48,830 nt of DNA from Salinibacter sp. GTDB lineage: Bacteria > Bacteroidota > Rhodothermia > Rhodothermales > Salinibacteraceae. Below, in pieces: positions 18,400 to 27,339 of the stretch (position 1 is its first letter; every line of letters begins with the position of its first letter). The notes under the pieces were generated by a model. It did no database searches. It was not told where the DNA came from and worked only from the letters and a program-made list of their open reading frames with translations. The stretch lies in NCBI GenBank assembly GCA_042218975.1, contig JBDGQP010000008.1, positions 1-48,830 on the forward strand. The letters are read 5' to 3'. Position numbers and translations under genes: made by a program.

Positions 18400-18662
18400 G
18401 TGATCCCCCGAGTCGGAAGACTGTTAAGGACCCGGGTCCTCTTGCCGGAGGCGGCACGCACGCCCGCCCGGTCGTTGGACACGCCCACGGCGAGCGAAAT
18501 GTCCCTGTCGTCGGCCTGGATCTGGAGGACCTCAAGGACGCTTCCGCACAACAATGAAGACCGGCACCCCCCTCGCTCCACGTCCATCCGGCCGGACTCG
18601 ATGTTCGACAGGTCCGGCGGGGCCTCGACGGGCGCCTTTGGGCGGTCGGCGTCCTCGTCCCG
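18400..18662 (-). pseudogene. Degenerate sensor histidine kinase fragment (end of HisKA to N-box)
   Basis: DEDADRPKAPVEAPPDLSNIESGRMDVE...LQIQADDRDISL...VRAASGKRTRVLNSL resembles RLxxLVxDLLDLSxIESG...ADxxKxxxVLxNL. Confidence 0.65.
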
Positions 18663-18738
18663 CGTCCGAGGCACAGGAACCTAAAGAGACATCCGGACTA
18701 GAGATATCCTCCAGTCCCTCTCCCAGCACGCGGGATCT

Positions 18739-20871
18739 ATGGCCTCGGGCAGCGACCTGAAGAAGTCCCTTACCCTCTACGACGTCTACGCGATCAGCAC
18801 GGGGGCGATGTTCAGCTCCGGGTTCTTCCTGCTGCCCGGCATCGCGGCGGCCGAGACGGGGCCCTCCGTGATCCTCGCGTACTTCGTCGCGGGCGTGCTC
18901 ATTCTGCCGTCGATGTACAGCATGGCGGAGCTGTCCACGGCCATGCCCAAGGCCGGCGGCACCTACTACTTCCTCGACCGCAGCCTCGGCCCCCTCGCCG
19001 ACACGGTAGGCGGGCTCGGCACGTGGCTGGCCCTGGTGTTCAAGAGCGCGTTCGCCCTCATCGGCATGGGGGCGTACCTGGCCATTTACGCCGACGTACC
19101 CATCAAGCCGCTGGCCGCCGCGCTCACCATTGCGTTCGGCGTGCTCAACGTCGTGGGGGCCAAGGAGAGCAGCTGGCTGCAGCGCATCCTCGTGACGGTC
19201 CTGGTGGGGGTCCTCGCCTTCTACGGCGTCCAAGGGCTCACCTCGGTACTCGGCGGACAGAGCGCCGAGGGCGGCGCCGTCGGGGAGTTCTCGCCCTTCT
19301 TCACGGAGGGGGCGCGCGGCTTCCTGGCCACCGTCGGCATCGTATTCGTCTCGTACGCCGGACTCACGAAGGTGGCCAGCGTCGCCGAGGAGGTGAAAAA
19401 CCCGGACCGCAACATTCCGCTGGGCATGATTCTGTCCCTGATTACCGCCACGGGAATCTACGTGATCGGCGTGGCGATCATGGTGGCCATCCTGCCCGCC
19501 GCGGACCTCCACGCCGACCTCACGCCGGTGTACACCTCCGGGGAGGTCTTCTTCAACTGGCTGCCGTACGCGCTCGGACCGGTCCTCATCGTAGTGGCGG
19601 CCATCGCGGCGTTTGCCTCCACCGGCAACGCCGGCATCATGTCGGCCTCGCGCTACCCCCTGGCGATGGCCCGCGACCGGCTGCTGCCCGACGAGTTCGC
19701 CGAGATCGGACGCTTCGACACCCCGACCCGTTCGATCGTAGTGACGGTGGGGCTCATGCTGGTCGTCATCTTCGTGCTCTCCGAAGAGGGGGTGGCCAAG
19801 CTGGCCAGTGCGTTCCAGCTGCTGATCTTCGCCCTCCTCAACTTCGCGGTCATCGTGATGCGGGAGAGTGAGATCCCGTCCTACGCCCCGGGCTACCGCT
19901 CGCCGCTCTACCCGTGGATGCAGGGGGCGGGCATCGTGATTCCGGCGTTCCTAATCTCGGAGATGGGCACGCTGGCGATCGCGTTTACCGGCGTGGTCGT
20001 GCTCTTCGGCATCGGGTGGTACTTCTACTACGCCCGCACCGTCCCGCGGGAGGGCGCCATCTTTCACCTGTTTGCGCGCCTCGGCAAGCAGCGCTACGAC
20101 GGCCTCGACCGCGAGCTGCAGACGATCCTGGAGGAGAAGGGCGTGGGCCACGACACGGCGTTCGACCGCCTCATGGCCGAGTCGGACGTCATTCACCTCG
20201 ACGCCCCCCGTCCCTACCGGGAGGTGGTCGAGGAGGTGTCGAGTCGCCTCGCGGACGCGTACGGCCTCTCGACGGAGACGCTGCGGCACGGCTTCCTGGA
20301 AGGGGCGCCCTACAGCGCCGTCTCCGTCACGCACGGGGCGGCCCTCCCCTACTGCCGGCTCGACGGCATCGACGAGCCGAAGATGGTGATGGTCCACTGC
20401 CAGTCCGGCATCTGCGTCGACCTGCAGGACGAGATCGAGGATCTCGACCTCTCGGAGCCGGTCTACGCCTTCTTCTTCCTGGTGAGCCCCAAGGACGACG
20501 AGGGCGAGCACCTGCGCACGCTCGCGACGCTGGCCAACCGGGTCGACGAGGAGCAGTTTCTGGTCGAGTGGCGCGCGGCGGCCGACGAGCAGGAGGCGAA
20601 GGAGAGCCTGCTGCACCACGAGCGCTACCTCACGCTCCACCTGCTCTCGGGGACCAGCACGGAGGCGTTCATCGACCGCGCCGTGGCCGACCTCAACCTC
20701 CCGGCGGGCGTGCTCGTGGCGCTCGTCCGGCGCGACGGGCAGATCACCGTCCCCTCCGGGCCCACGACGCTTGAGGAAGGAGACCGTGTGACAATCATCG
20801 GCAATCCGGCGGGCATCGAGCGGCTCTACGAGCTCTACCGGCGCGGCGAGCAGGAGGGGGTCGTGCAGTAG
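18739..20871 (+). CDS. APC-family permease fused to PTS EIIA(Ntr/Fru)-like and RCK-C (TrkA-C) domains
   Basis: GAMFSSGFFLLPG and SYAGLTKVASVAEE in the membrane part; GAALPYCR...FFFLVSP...HLRTLA (EIIA-like); VADLNLPAGVLVALVRRDGQITVPSGPTTLEEGDRVTIIG (RCK-C). Confidence 0.9.
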   Translation: MASGSDLKKSLTLYDVYAISTGAMFSSGFFLLPGIAAAETGPSVILAYFVAGVLILPSMYSMAELSTAMPKAGGTYYFLDRSLGPLADTVGGLGTWLALVFKSAFALIGMGAYLAIYADVPIKPLAAALTIAFGVLNVVGAKESSWLQRILVTVLVGVLAFYGVQGLTSVLGGQSAEGGAVGEFSPFFTEGARGFLATVGIVFVSYAGLTKVASVAEEVKNPDRNIPLGMILSLITATGIYVIGVAIMVAILPAADLHADLTPVYTSGEVFFNWLPYALGPVLIVVAAIAAFASTGNAGIMSASRYPLAMARDRLLPDEFAEIGRFDTPTRSIVVTVGLMLVVIFVLSEEGVAKLASAFQLLIFALLNFAVIVMRESEIPSYAPGYRSPLYPWMQGAGIVIPAFLISEMGTLAIAFTGVVVLFGIGWYFYYARTVPREGAIFHLFARLGKQRYDGLDRELQTILEEKGVGHDTAFDRLMAESDVIHLDAPRPYREVVEEVSSRLADAYGLSTETLRHGFLEGAPYSAVSVTHGAALPYCRLDGIDEPKMVMVHCQSGICVDLQDEIEDLDLSEPVYAFFFLVSPKDDEGEHLRTLATLANRVDEEQFLVEWRAAADEQEAKESLLHHERYLTLHLLSGTSTEAFIDRAVADLNLPAGVLVALVRRDGQITVPSGPTTLEEGDRVTIIGNPAGIERLYELYRRGEQEGVVQ

Positions 20872-20979
20872 GGACGCGCGTCTTCAGGAATCGTTACGTG
20901 CGGCCGGGATCGATCGTCGACGTGGGATTCGTTGGAGGATCGTTCGCAAACATCCCCACACACATCTCCTGAGTCGTCA

Positions 20980-21735
20980 ATGATTTCCCTGTCTCGTTCC
21001 CGCGGCTATGCGTTCGTTCTCGCCGTCGCCCTGGTGCTGGGCGGCGGCCTCCCGTCCCCGGCGGCTGCTCAGATCTCGGCCGACCGGCCCGGCTTCGGCG
21101 ACGGCACCACCACCGTCGCGCCCGGCACGTTCCAGGCCGGGCTCGGCTACGCGGTCAACGGCAACGGCGTCACCAGCCAGGAGCTCGGCCAGTTGTTCCT
21201 GCGCTACGGAATAACCGACGCCCTCGAGCTCCGCGGCGGCGTCGGCTCCTACGTCGTCAACGAGTCGCCCCGCGACGACGGCTACGGCGGCTCCAGCGTC
21301 GGGACGAAGGTGCGCCTCTTCCAGAACGCGACCTCGGCGCTGAGCGGCGTGGCCACCCTGGGCCTGCCGACCGGCACCGGCGCCTTCGACACGCCCGACG
21401 ACCGGGCCCGCCAGACCGTGAAGCTGGCCTTCGACGGGGCCCTCGGCGACGGGCTTACTCTTTCCGTGAATGGGGGCGCGAGCTTCTTCTACACCGACGA
21501 CAGCGCGGTCGAGTGGCTGTTGATCCCGACGCTCTCGTTCGGCCTCACCGAGACGACCGGCGCGTACGTCGGCTACGCCGGCTTCTACGACGACGGCCCC
21601 AACGCCAACTGGGTGGAGGGCGGCGTCACGCTTCTCACCACCCCCGACACGCAGCTCGACGTGAACACGGGCCTTCGCGTCGACGACAACGCCAACGACT
21701 TCTTCGTCGGCGTCGGGGTGGCCCACCGGTTCTAG
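20980..21735 (+). CDS. Outer-membrane beta-barrel 'transporter' (phenol MetA-degradation-like family)
   Basis: Signal peptide, ISADRPG...TVAPG N-terminal motif, amphipathic strands, and C-terminal Phe (GVAHRF). Confidence 0.8.
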   Translation: MISLSRSRGYAFVLAVALVLGGGLPSPAAAQISADRPGFGDGTTTVAPGTFQAGLGYAVNGNGVTSQELGQLFLRYGITDALELRGGVGSYVVNESPRDDGYGGSSVGTKVRLFQNATSALSGVATLGLPTGTGAFDTPDDRARQTVKLAFDGALGDGLTLSVNGGASFFYTDDSAVEWLLIPTLSFGLTETTGAYVGYAGFYDDGPNANWVEGGVTLLTTPDTQLDVNTGLRVDDNANDFFVGVGVAHRF

Positions 21736-22119
21736 CGGATGCGCACCCCCACCTTGCCGATTCCTCGATGTCGGCGCCTCAGGGAACGATCGCCGTGCGG
21801 CGCCGCGCCCGGGGAAAACGCCGCCGGACGCTCGAGAGAGCAACGTCGGTCCCGTGTCGAGGGCGGCGAGACCTAGCAAATGAGGGGGCAAATCCATGAG
21901 CGACGGGGCGGCAGGACCGTCGACCGCCGTCGGGGCCCTCCGCCGAACGACAACCCGCCCTGCACCGGACGGGGGCGCCCGTCTTGACTCTCGGCCCCGT
22001 GAGCCCCACGTTGCTGACTGCGGCGTCCCCCCTTCCGGGCGGCCGGGGCGACACCGCCGGAAACAGAAGCCGCCCCCCCACGCCGGTACGCCGTTGCCCC
22101 GCGCCCACTCCTGTCGCCG

Positions 22120-22584
22120 ATGTCCCCGACGCGCCCCTCCGACGACCCTTCTGGCCTCGCCCCGGCAGCCGCAGAACCGGCCGCGCGGCGGCCCGGGCCG
22201 CTCCCGGTTCTCCTGTGGCTCGTGGCGGGCGGGCTCCTGGCCGGGGGCCTCCTCACGGGATGTGTGCGGAGCGACGTGATGCGGGTCGGCAGCCCGCCGC
22301 CGAGTCTGCCTCCGATCGACACGGCGCAGGTGTCGGTCTACACCGAAATCGATTCGATCGAGTGCCCCTTCACGCGGGTCGCCTACATCCGCACCACAGG
22401 GCCGGTGTGGGGGGCTTCCGACGATCAAATTCTCCGCCACACCCGGCAAAAGGCAGGGGAGGTGGGGGCGAACGCGGTCGTCGTCCCGGGGCTTGGAAGA
22501 GACCGTCTGGGCTTCTTTGCCCGGCGGGGCGACAGTCGCCGGGGCCGGTCCCTGGCCGTGTTTGAACGACGGCCCTGCGAGTAG
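22120..22584 (+). CDS. Hypothetical lipoprotein
   Basis: Lipobox LLTGC; RQKAGEVGANAVV resembles YbjQ/DUF4156-like small domains. Confidence 0.6.
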   Translation: MSPTRPSDDPSGLAPAAAEPAARRPGPLPVLLWLVAGGLLAGGLLTGCVRSDVMRVGSPPPSLPPIDTAQVSVYTEIDSIECPFTRVAYIRTTGPVWGASDDQILRHTRQKAGEVGANAVVVPGLGRDRLGFFARRGDSRRGRSLAVFERRPCE

Positions 22585-22712
22585 CGACGGCCCCGCCCGG
22601 AGGCCATGCCCGGCGGGGGGCGAGCGACACGTCTCCCCCGAACGCGCCTCGCCGCCGGACGTAGGGGGAGGCGATCCGACCGCAACATCTCCCACAGCCG
22701 CCTTCCCAGCGC

Positions 22713-23561
22713 GTGCCCATTGACGCCGAGACGCAGGTCGTACCCCTGATCGGCCACCCGGTCGGGCACTCCCGCTCGCCCCGCATCCACAATACCGCGT
22801 TCCGGGCGCAGGACGTGAACGCCGTCTACGTGGCCACGCCGGTGCGGCCCGACGCCCTTGCGGCCGGGGTCGAGGGGCTCCGCGCGCTCCAGTTTCTGGG
22901 GGCCAACGTGACGGTGCCCCACAAGGAGGCGGTGCGCCCGCTGATGGACGAGGTCACCGAGCGGGCCGCGGCCGTCGGGGCCGTCAACACGATCGTGCGC
23001 ACCGGCGACACGCTCCGGGGCGACAACACGGACGTGGCGGGCTTCCTGACGCCGCTCGTGGCGGCGGTCGGCGACGCGCTCGGGGGCACGGAGATGCTTG
23101 TGTTCGGGGCGGGCGGCGCGGCGCGGGCCGTCGTCTACGGCCTGCTCGACCGCTACGCCCCGAGCCGCCTCACGCTTGTGGCCCGGCGCCCCGAGCAGGC
23201 CGAGGCCCTGGCGGCCGACCTCGGGGGCTACGACCCGCAGGACGCCCTCCGCGCCACGACGTTCGACGCGGCGGCGTCGGCCGTCCGGTCGAGCCGGCTC
23301 CTCGTGAACGCGACGCCGCTGGGCATGGCCCCCGAGACGGACGGCACCCCCTGGCCCGAGGCCGACGACTTCCGTGCCGGACAGGTGGCCTACGATCTCG
23401 TCTACGCCCCGGAAGAGACGCGCTTCCTGACGGAGGCCGCCGAGCGGGGCGCCAGGACGATCGGCGGGCTCGCCATGCTGGTCGAGCAGGCGGCCGCGGC
23501 CTACCGGCAATGGACCGGCCGCGCGATGCCGACCGACGCCGTCTACGAGGCCCTCCAATAA
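22713..23561 (+). CDS. aroE: Shikimate dehydrogenase
   Basis: GHPVGHSRSP, GANVTVPHK, GAVNT, NTD, GAGGAAR, NATPLGM and DLVY motifs. Confidence 0.95.
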   Translation: MPIDAETQVVPLIGHPVGHSRSPRIHNTAFRAQDVNAVYVATPVRPDALAAGVEGLRALQFLGANVTVPHKEAVRPLMDEVTERAAAVGAVNTIVRTGDTLRGDNTDVAGFLTPLVAAVGDALGGTEMLVFGAGGAARAVVYGLLDRYAPSRLTLVARRPEQAEALAADLGGYDPQDALRATTFDAAASAVRSSRLLVNATPLGMAPETDGTPWPEADDFRAGQVAYDLVYAPEETRFLTEAAERGARTIGGLAMLVEQAAAAYRQWTGRAMPTDAVYEALQ

Positions 23562-23621
23562 CGAGGCAGTGACGCGTCGCACGTTGGACTGTTGGTAGCG
23601 CGTTCCACGTTCGACGCAGAA

Positions 23622-25847
23622 TCAGAACACGTAGCGCTCGACGAGGCGGCGAATCGGGGTGTTCTGGCGCGGCCGCTGCGGGCGGACCAGCAGCACGTCG
23701 CAGGGCAGGGCGCTCCGGAGGTCGGTAGTGCGGTCCGAGAAGAGCAGGGTGCTGAGCCGGGAGCGGGCCAGTGTGCCGACGACGGCGAGGTCGGCACTGC
23801 CGGTGGCCTCCACGAGGCCGGCCGTGACGTCGTCGGTCCGGACGATCTGGCTGGACGTCGGGCTCTCGCAGTGCTCGGCGAGTCGGTCGTGGAAGGCCTG
23901 TACGGGGGCGGCCTCGTCGTCGGCCGCCGTCGCCGTGAGGAACCGGAGGCGGGCTCCGTGCGCCTGGGCGAGGGCGTCGGCCACGTAGGCCTTCAGCGGG
24001 CCGTAGGGGGCACGGGCGAGGAGGACGGCAATCTCCTCCGGCGCCTCGACGCGCCCGTCGGCGCCGTCGCCGGCGGCGAGGAATGCAACCTCGCAGGGGG
24101 CCTTCCGCACGAACCAGTCGGTGTCCACGCCGAGCAACGTGTGCCGCCAGCGGCCCGGCATGGCGGCGCCCAGCAGGAGACACACGTCCTGCGTCCGCAC
24201 GAAATTGAGGGCCGCGCGGCCGGCGTCGTGGCAGACGATCTCGTGGGCCTCGGTGGGCAGGTCGTGCACCGCCTCCAGGTCGTGCACGCGCTCCTCGAAG
24301 TGCCGATCGGACTCCGTCACGTGCGTCTCAGCGTCCGAGAGGGACACCTGCTCAGGCACCGTTTCGAACCGGGCCGCCAGCACGCGACTTCCCCACCGGC
24401 GGGCCACGGCGGTCCCCATCGAGAGCAGGGCTCGTTCGTCGGCGGGCGTCGCGTCGTCGGAGACGACCACCATCACCGGCCCGGTCTCCATCGAGAAGGA
24501 GTCCTGCATGCGGGCAAACACCGGCGCGCGCACACTGCGCCGGAGGGCGTCCAGTGCCACCCCCTCCCGTTCGGTGCGCGCCCGCCCGTAGAACCGGTAC
24601 CACAGCACCCCGCCCGTGATGATGCCCACGGCCCCCAGGATGGGAAGCCAGCCCATCTGCGTGAGCAACACAATGCCCCCTACGATGCCGCCGATCTGCA
24701 CCCACGGATACCCGGGGCTCACGAAGGCGGGATCGTACGCGTCCACGTCCCCCTCCCGGAAGGCGATCAGGGCCACGTTGCTGAGCGCAAAGATGAGAAT
24801 CTTGAAGGCGCTCGCCAGCTTGGCCAGCTCAAGCACCGGTACGACGGCGATCAGGAGCAGCAGGAGCCCCCCGGTCACGAGGATCGAGCGGCCGGGCGTC
24901 CGGAACCGCTCGTTGACGATCCGAAAGCTCTCTGGGGCCAGTTGGTCGCGGCTCATCGCCAGCGGGAACCGGGACGAAGACAAGACGCCCGCGTTGGCCA
25001 TGCTCGTGAGGGCCAGCACCGCGACGATCGAGATGCCAATCTTGGCGGGGAGCCCCAGCAGCTGCTCCGTGGCGTCGGCCATCGGCGTGAGGCTCGAGTG
25101 CAGGATCTCGGGCGGCGTGACGCCGACAATCACGAACACGATAATGACGTAGAGGGGAATCATCACCCCAACCGAGATGAGGATGCCGAGCGGGAGATTG
25201 CGGCTGGGCTGTTCCACCTCCTCCGCGATGCTCGCGATCTTGGTCACGCCCGCGTAGGAGACGAAGACGAACCCGGCGGCCGCCAGAAAGCCCCCCGTGC
25301 CGCCTTCGAAGAAGGGGTGGTACTGTTCGGCCTGCACGAACGTGAGGCCCTCGGCCCCGAACGTGAACAGGACCAGCAGCACGAAGGAGACGAGCAGGGC
25401 CTGGAGGTGGCCCGACTGCTTTACCCCCACCAGGTTGACGCCGATGATGAGCACCCCGAGGGCGAGACTCACGAGTTTGAGCTCCGCGGCGGGGAGGGGG
25501 AGCACCACGACGAGGTACGCCCCCAGCCCGACCAGCGCGAACGCACTCTTGAACACGAGCGAAAACCACGCCCCGAGCCCCGAGATCGTGCCCATCAGCG
25601 GGCCCATCGCCCGGTCGATGTAGAGGTAGGTGCCGCCCGACTCCGGCATGGCCGTGGCCATTTCGGCCTTCGACAGGGCGGCCGGCAGCACGATGAGGCC
25701 CGCCAGGAGGTACGCGAGGATTACGGAGGGTCCGGCCTTCGCCGCGGCGAGCCCCGGCAGCACGAACAGGCCGCTGCCGATCATGGCCCCGATGCTCACG
25801 GTGATGGTCGTGTAGAGACCGAGGTCGCGCTCGAGGTGTTTGGACAC
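23622..25847 (-). CDS. APC-family permease with USP-like C-terminal region
   Basis: GTG start SKHLERDLG; GAMIGSGLFVLPG and SYAGVTKIASIAEE motifs; tail APCEVAFL and LPCDVLLVRP. Confidence 0.9.
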   Translation of the reverse strand: MSKHLERDLGLYTTITVSIGAMIGSGLFVLPGLAAAKAGPSVILAYLLAGLIVLPAALSKAEMATAMPESGGTYLYIDRAMGPLMGTISGLGAWFSLVFKSAFALVGLGAYLVVVLPLPAAELKLVSLALGVLIIGVNLVGVKQSGHLQALLVSFVLLVLFTFGAEGLTFVQAEQYHPFFEGGTGGFLAAAGFVFVSYAGVTKIASIAEEVEQPSRNLPLGILISVGVMIPLYVIIVFVIVGVTPPEILHSSLTPMADATEQLLGLPAKIGISIVAVLALTSMANAGVLSSSRFPLAMSRDQLAPESFRIVNERFRTPGRSILVTGGLLLLLIAVVPVLELAKLASAFKILIFALSNVALIAFREGDVDAYDPAFVSPGYPWVQIGGIVGGIVLLTQMGWLPILGAVGIITGGVLWYRFYGRARTEREGVALDALRRSVRAPVFARMQDSFSMETGPVMVVVSDDATPADERALLSMGTAVARRWGSRVLAARFETVPEQVSLSDAETHVTESDRHFEERVHDLEAVHDLPTEAHEIVCHDAGRAALNFVRTQDVCLLLGAAMPGRWRHTLLGVDTDWFVRKAPCEVAFLAAGDGADGRVEAPEEIAVLLARAPYGPLKAYVADALAQAHGARLRFLTATAADDEAAPVQAFHDRLAEHCESPTSSQIVRTDDVTAGLVEATGSADLAVVGTLARSRLSTLLFSDRTTDLRSALPCDVLLVRPQRPRQNTPIRRLVERYVF

Positions 25848-26212
25848 GGGGCGGCCGGGTCGAATTTGAAAACTGACGCACGGGGCCCAACGGAACGGCC
25901 GTGGGGGGGATGATCCCCGCGATGGGGGGCGCCGACGGGAATCCTTCTTCCGCCGACACCCGGAAGAGTTCGGGACGGAACCCCCTCGGGCGTTATGTTT
26001 CCTTGAATCCCCGCCGCGGCGAGGGGACAGGCCACGGCGAGGGCATAGAAGGCGGAAACGAAGCATCGGGAGTGCGAGAGGGCGCCCCTACGACCGAGCC
26101 CCCGTACTGACGAGCCGATGGAGGTCCCTGCCCGACGGACTCCGGGCCGAGGTCGACCGCCCCGGCACGCTCGCGGGCGTCCTCCCGCAGCCGCCGTGAA
26201 CGCTGGCCTGTA

Positions 26213-26434
26213 TCACGCCTTCCCCAGCAGCGCGCGGGCCTCGTCGGCCCGGTCGGCCAGCACCTTCACCTGCACCCCGCTCCGCGACGGGTCGAACATC
26301 ATCGTGAGGCCGGCCTGATCGGCGTTGGCCAGCATGCAGGAAATGCCCGCGTCCTCGAGCCGCGCCCTCGCGAGTTGGGCGTCGCCCTGGGTGTCGTAGC
26401 GGGCCACAGTGACGAGACGGTCGGACGGGGGCAC
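26213..26434 (-). CDS. DUF2007-like small protein
   Basis: AQLARARLEDAGI...GVQVKV...ADEARALL pattern. Confidence 0.75.
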   Translation of the reverse strand: MPPSDRLVTVARYDTQGDAQLARARLEDAGISCMLANADQAGLTMMFDPSRSGVQVKVLADRADEARALLGKA

Positions 26435-26620
26435 GGGAGGGGGCGTGTGGACGTGGGAGAGAGCAGGGGGGCATACCGAATCCTGTAGCAGGACTCCCTT
26501 CGTCGGTCGGCCGTCGGCCTTCTGCAGGGCGATGAGGACGTGTGGAGAGAGGGAGGCAGAGCACGTGCATACATCTCCTCTTCCGGCCCTCCATCCCCCG
26601 AACGGAGCATGCCGTTCGTA

Positions 26621-27274
26621 TCAGTCCGCCATCCAGGCCTCCGCCAGCGCGTCGGGATCGGGCGTCTCGCCGCCGGCCGTGAGGCTGCGGGCCACGTACT
26701 TGCCGATGAGGTCGAACTCCAGGTTCACCGCCGCCCCCTCCGTCCAGGCCGACGAGACGTTGGTGACCTCGTAGGTGTGGGGAATGATGGCGACGGTGAG
26801 CGTATCGTCGTCCAGGCGGGCCACCGTCATGCTGATGCCGTCGATGGAGACCGACCCGACAGGGATCAGGTACGATGCGTACTGTGGGTCGAAGCGGACC
26901 GTGTAGAGCCTGTCGGTCTCCTCCCGTTCCACGCTCACGACGGTGCCGGTGGTGTCGACGTGTCCCTGCACAAAGTGGCCGTCGAGCCGGTCGCCGGCCT
27001 GCAGGGCGCGCTCCAGGTTCACGGAGGCGCCCGCCGCGAGGCCGCCGAACGTCGTCTTGCGGAGGGTCTCCTCGATGGAGTCGACGGCGAACGTTGAGGC
27101 GTCGGCGTCAACCGCGACGACGGTCTGGCACGCGCCGTTGATGGAGACGCTCTGGTCGACGCGCAGCTCGGGGGCCATCTCCGCCTCGATTGTAAGCCGC
27201 TTGCCGGCCTGGTCGCTGCCGAGCGGCTCCACCTGAGCGACGACGCCGACTTCTTCGATGATGCCGGTGAACAT
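26621..27274 (-). CDS. ribE: Riboflavin synthase (alpha chain)
   Basis: MFTGIIEE start; SINGACQTV, VNLERA, GHFVQGHVD and VNLEFD motifs. Confidence 0.97.
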   Translation of the reverse strand: MFTGIIEEVGVVAQVEPLGSDQAGKRLTIEAEMAPELRVDQSVSINGACQTVVAVDADASTFAVDSIEETLRKTTFGGLAAGASVNLERALQAGDRLDGHFVQGHVDTTGTVVSVEREETDRLYTVRFDPQYASYLIPVGSVSIDGISMTVARLDDDTLTVAIIPHTYEVTNVSSAWTEGAAVNLEFDLIGKYVARSLTAGGETPDPDALAEAWMAD

Positions 27275-27339
27275 GAAAGACGAGGGGGTGGGGATGGGAG
27301 AGCGGGAAGATGAGGCATGCGGCCTTCGGGAATCGGAGG

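Noticed and set aside
25848-26212. c-di-AMP, Na+ or Li+ riboswitch upstream of the transporters; GGAGTGCGAGAGGG shared between 16730-16743 and 26069-26082
   Set aside because: No consensus recognised, and a single 14-mer match in GC-rich DNA can arise by chance.
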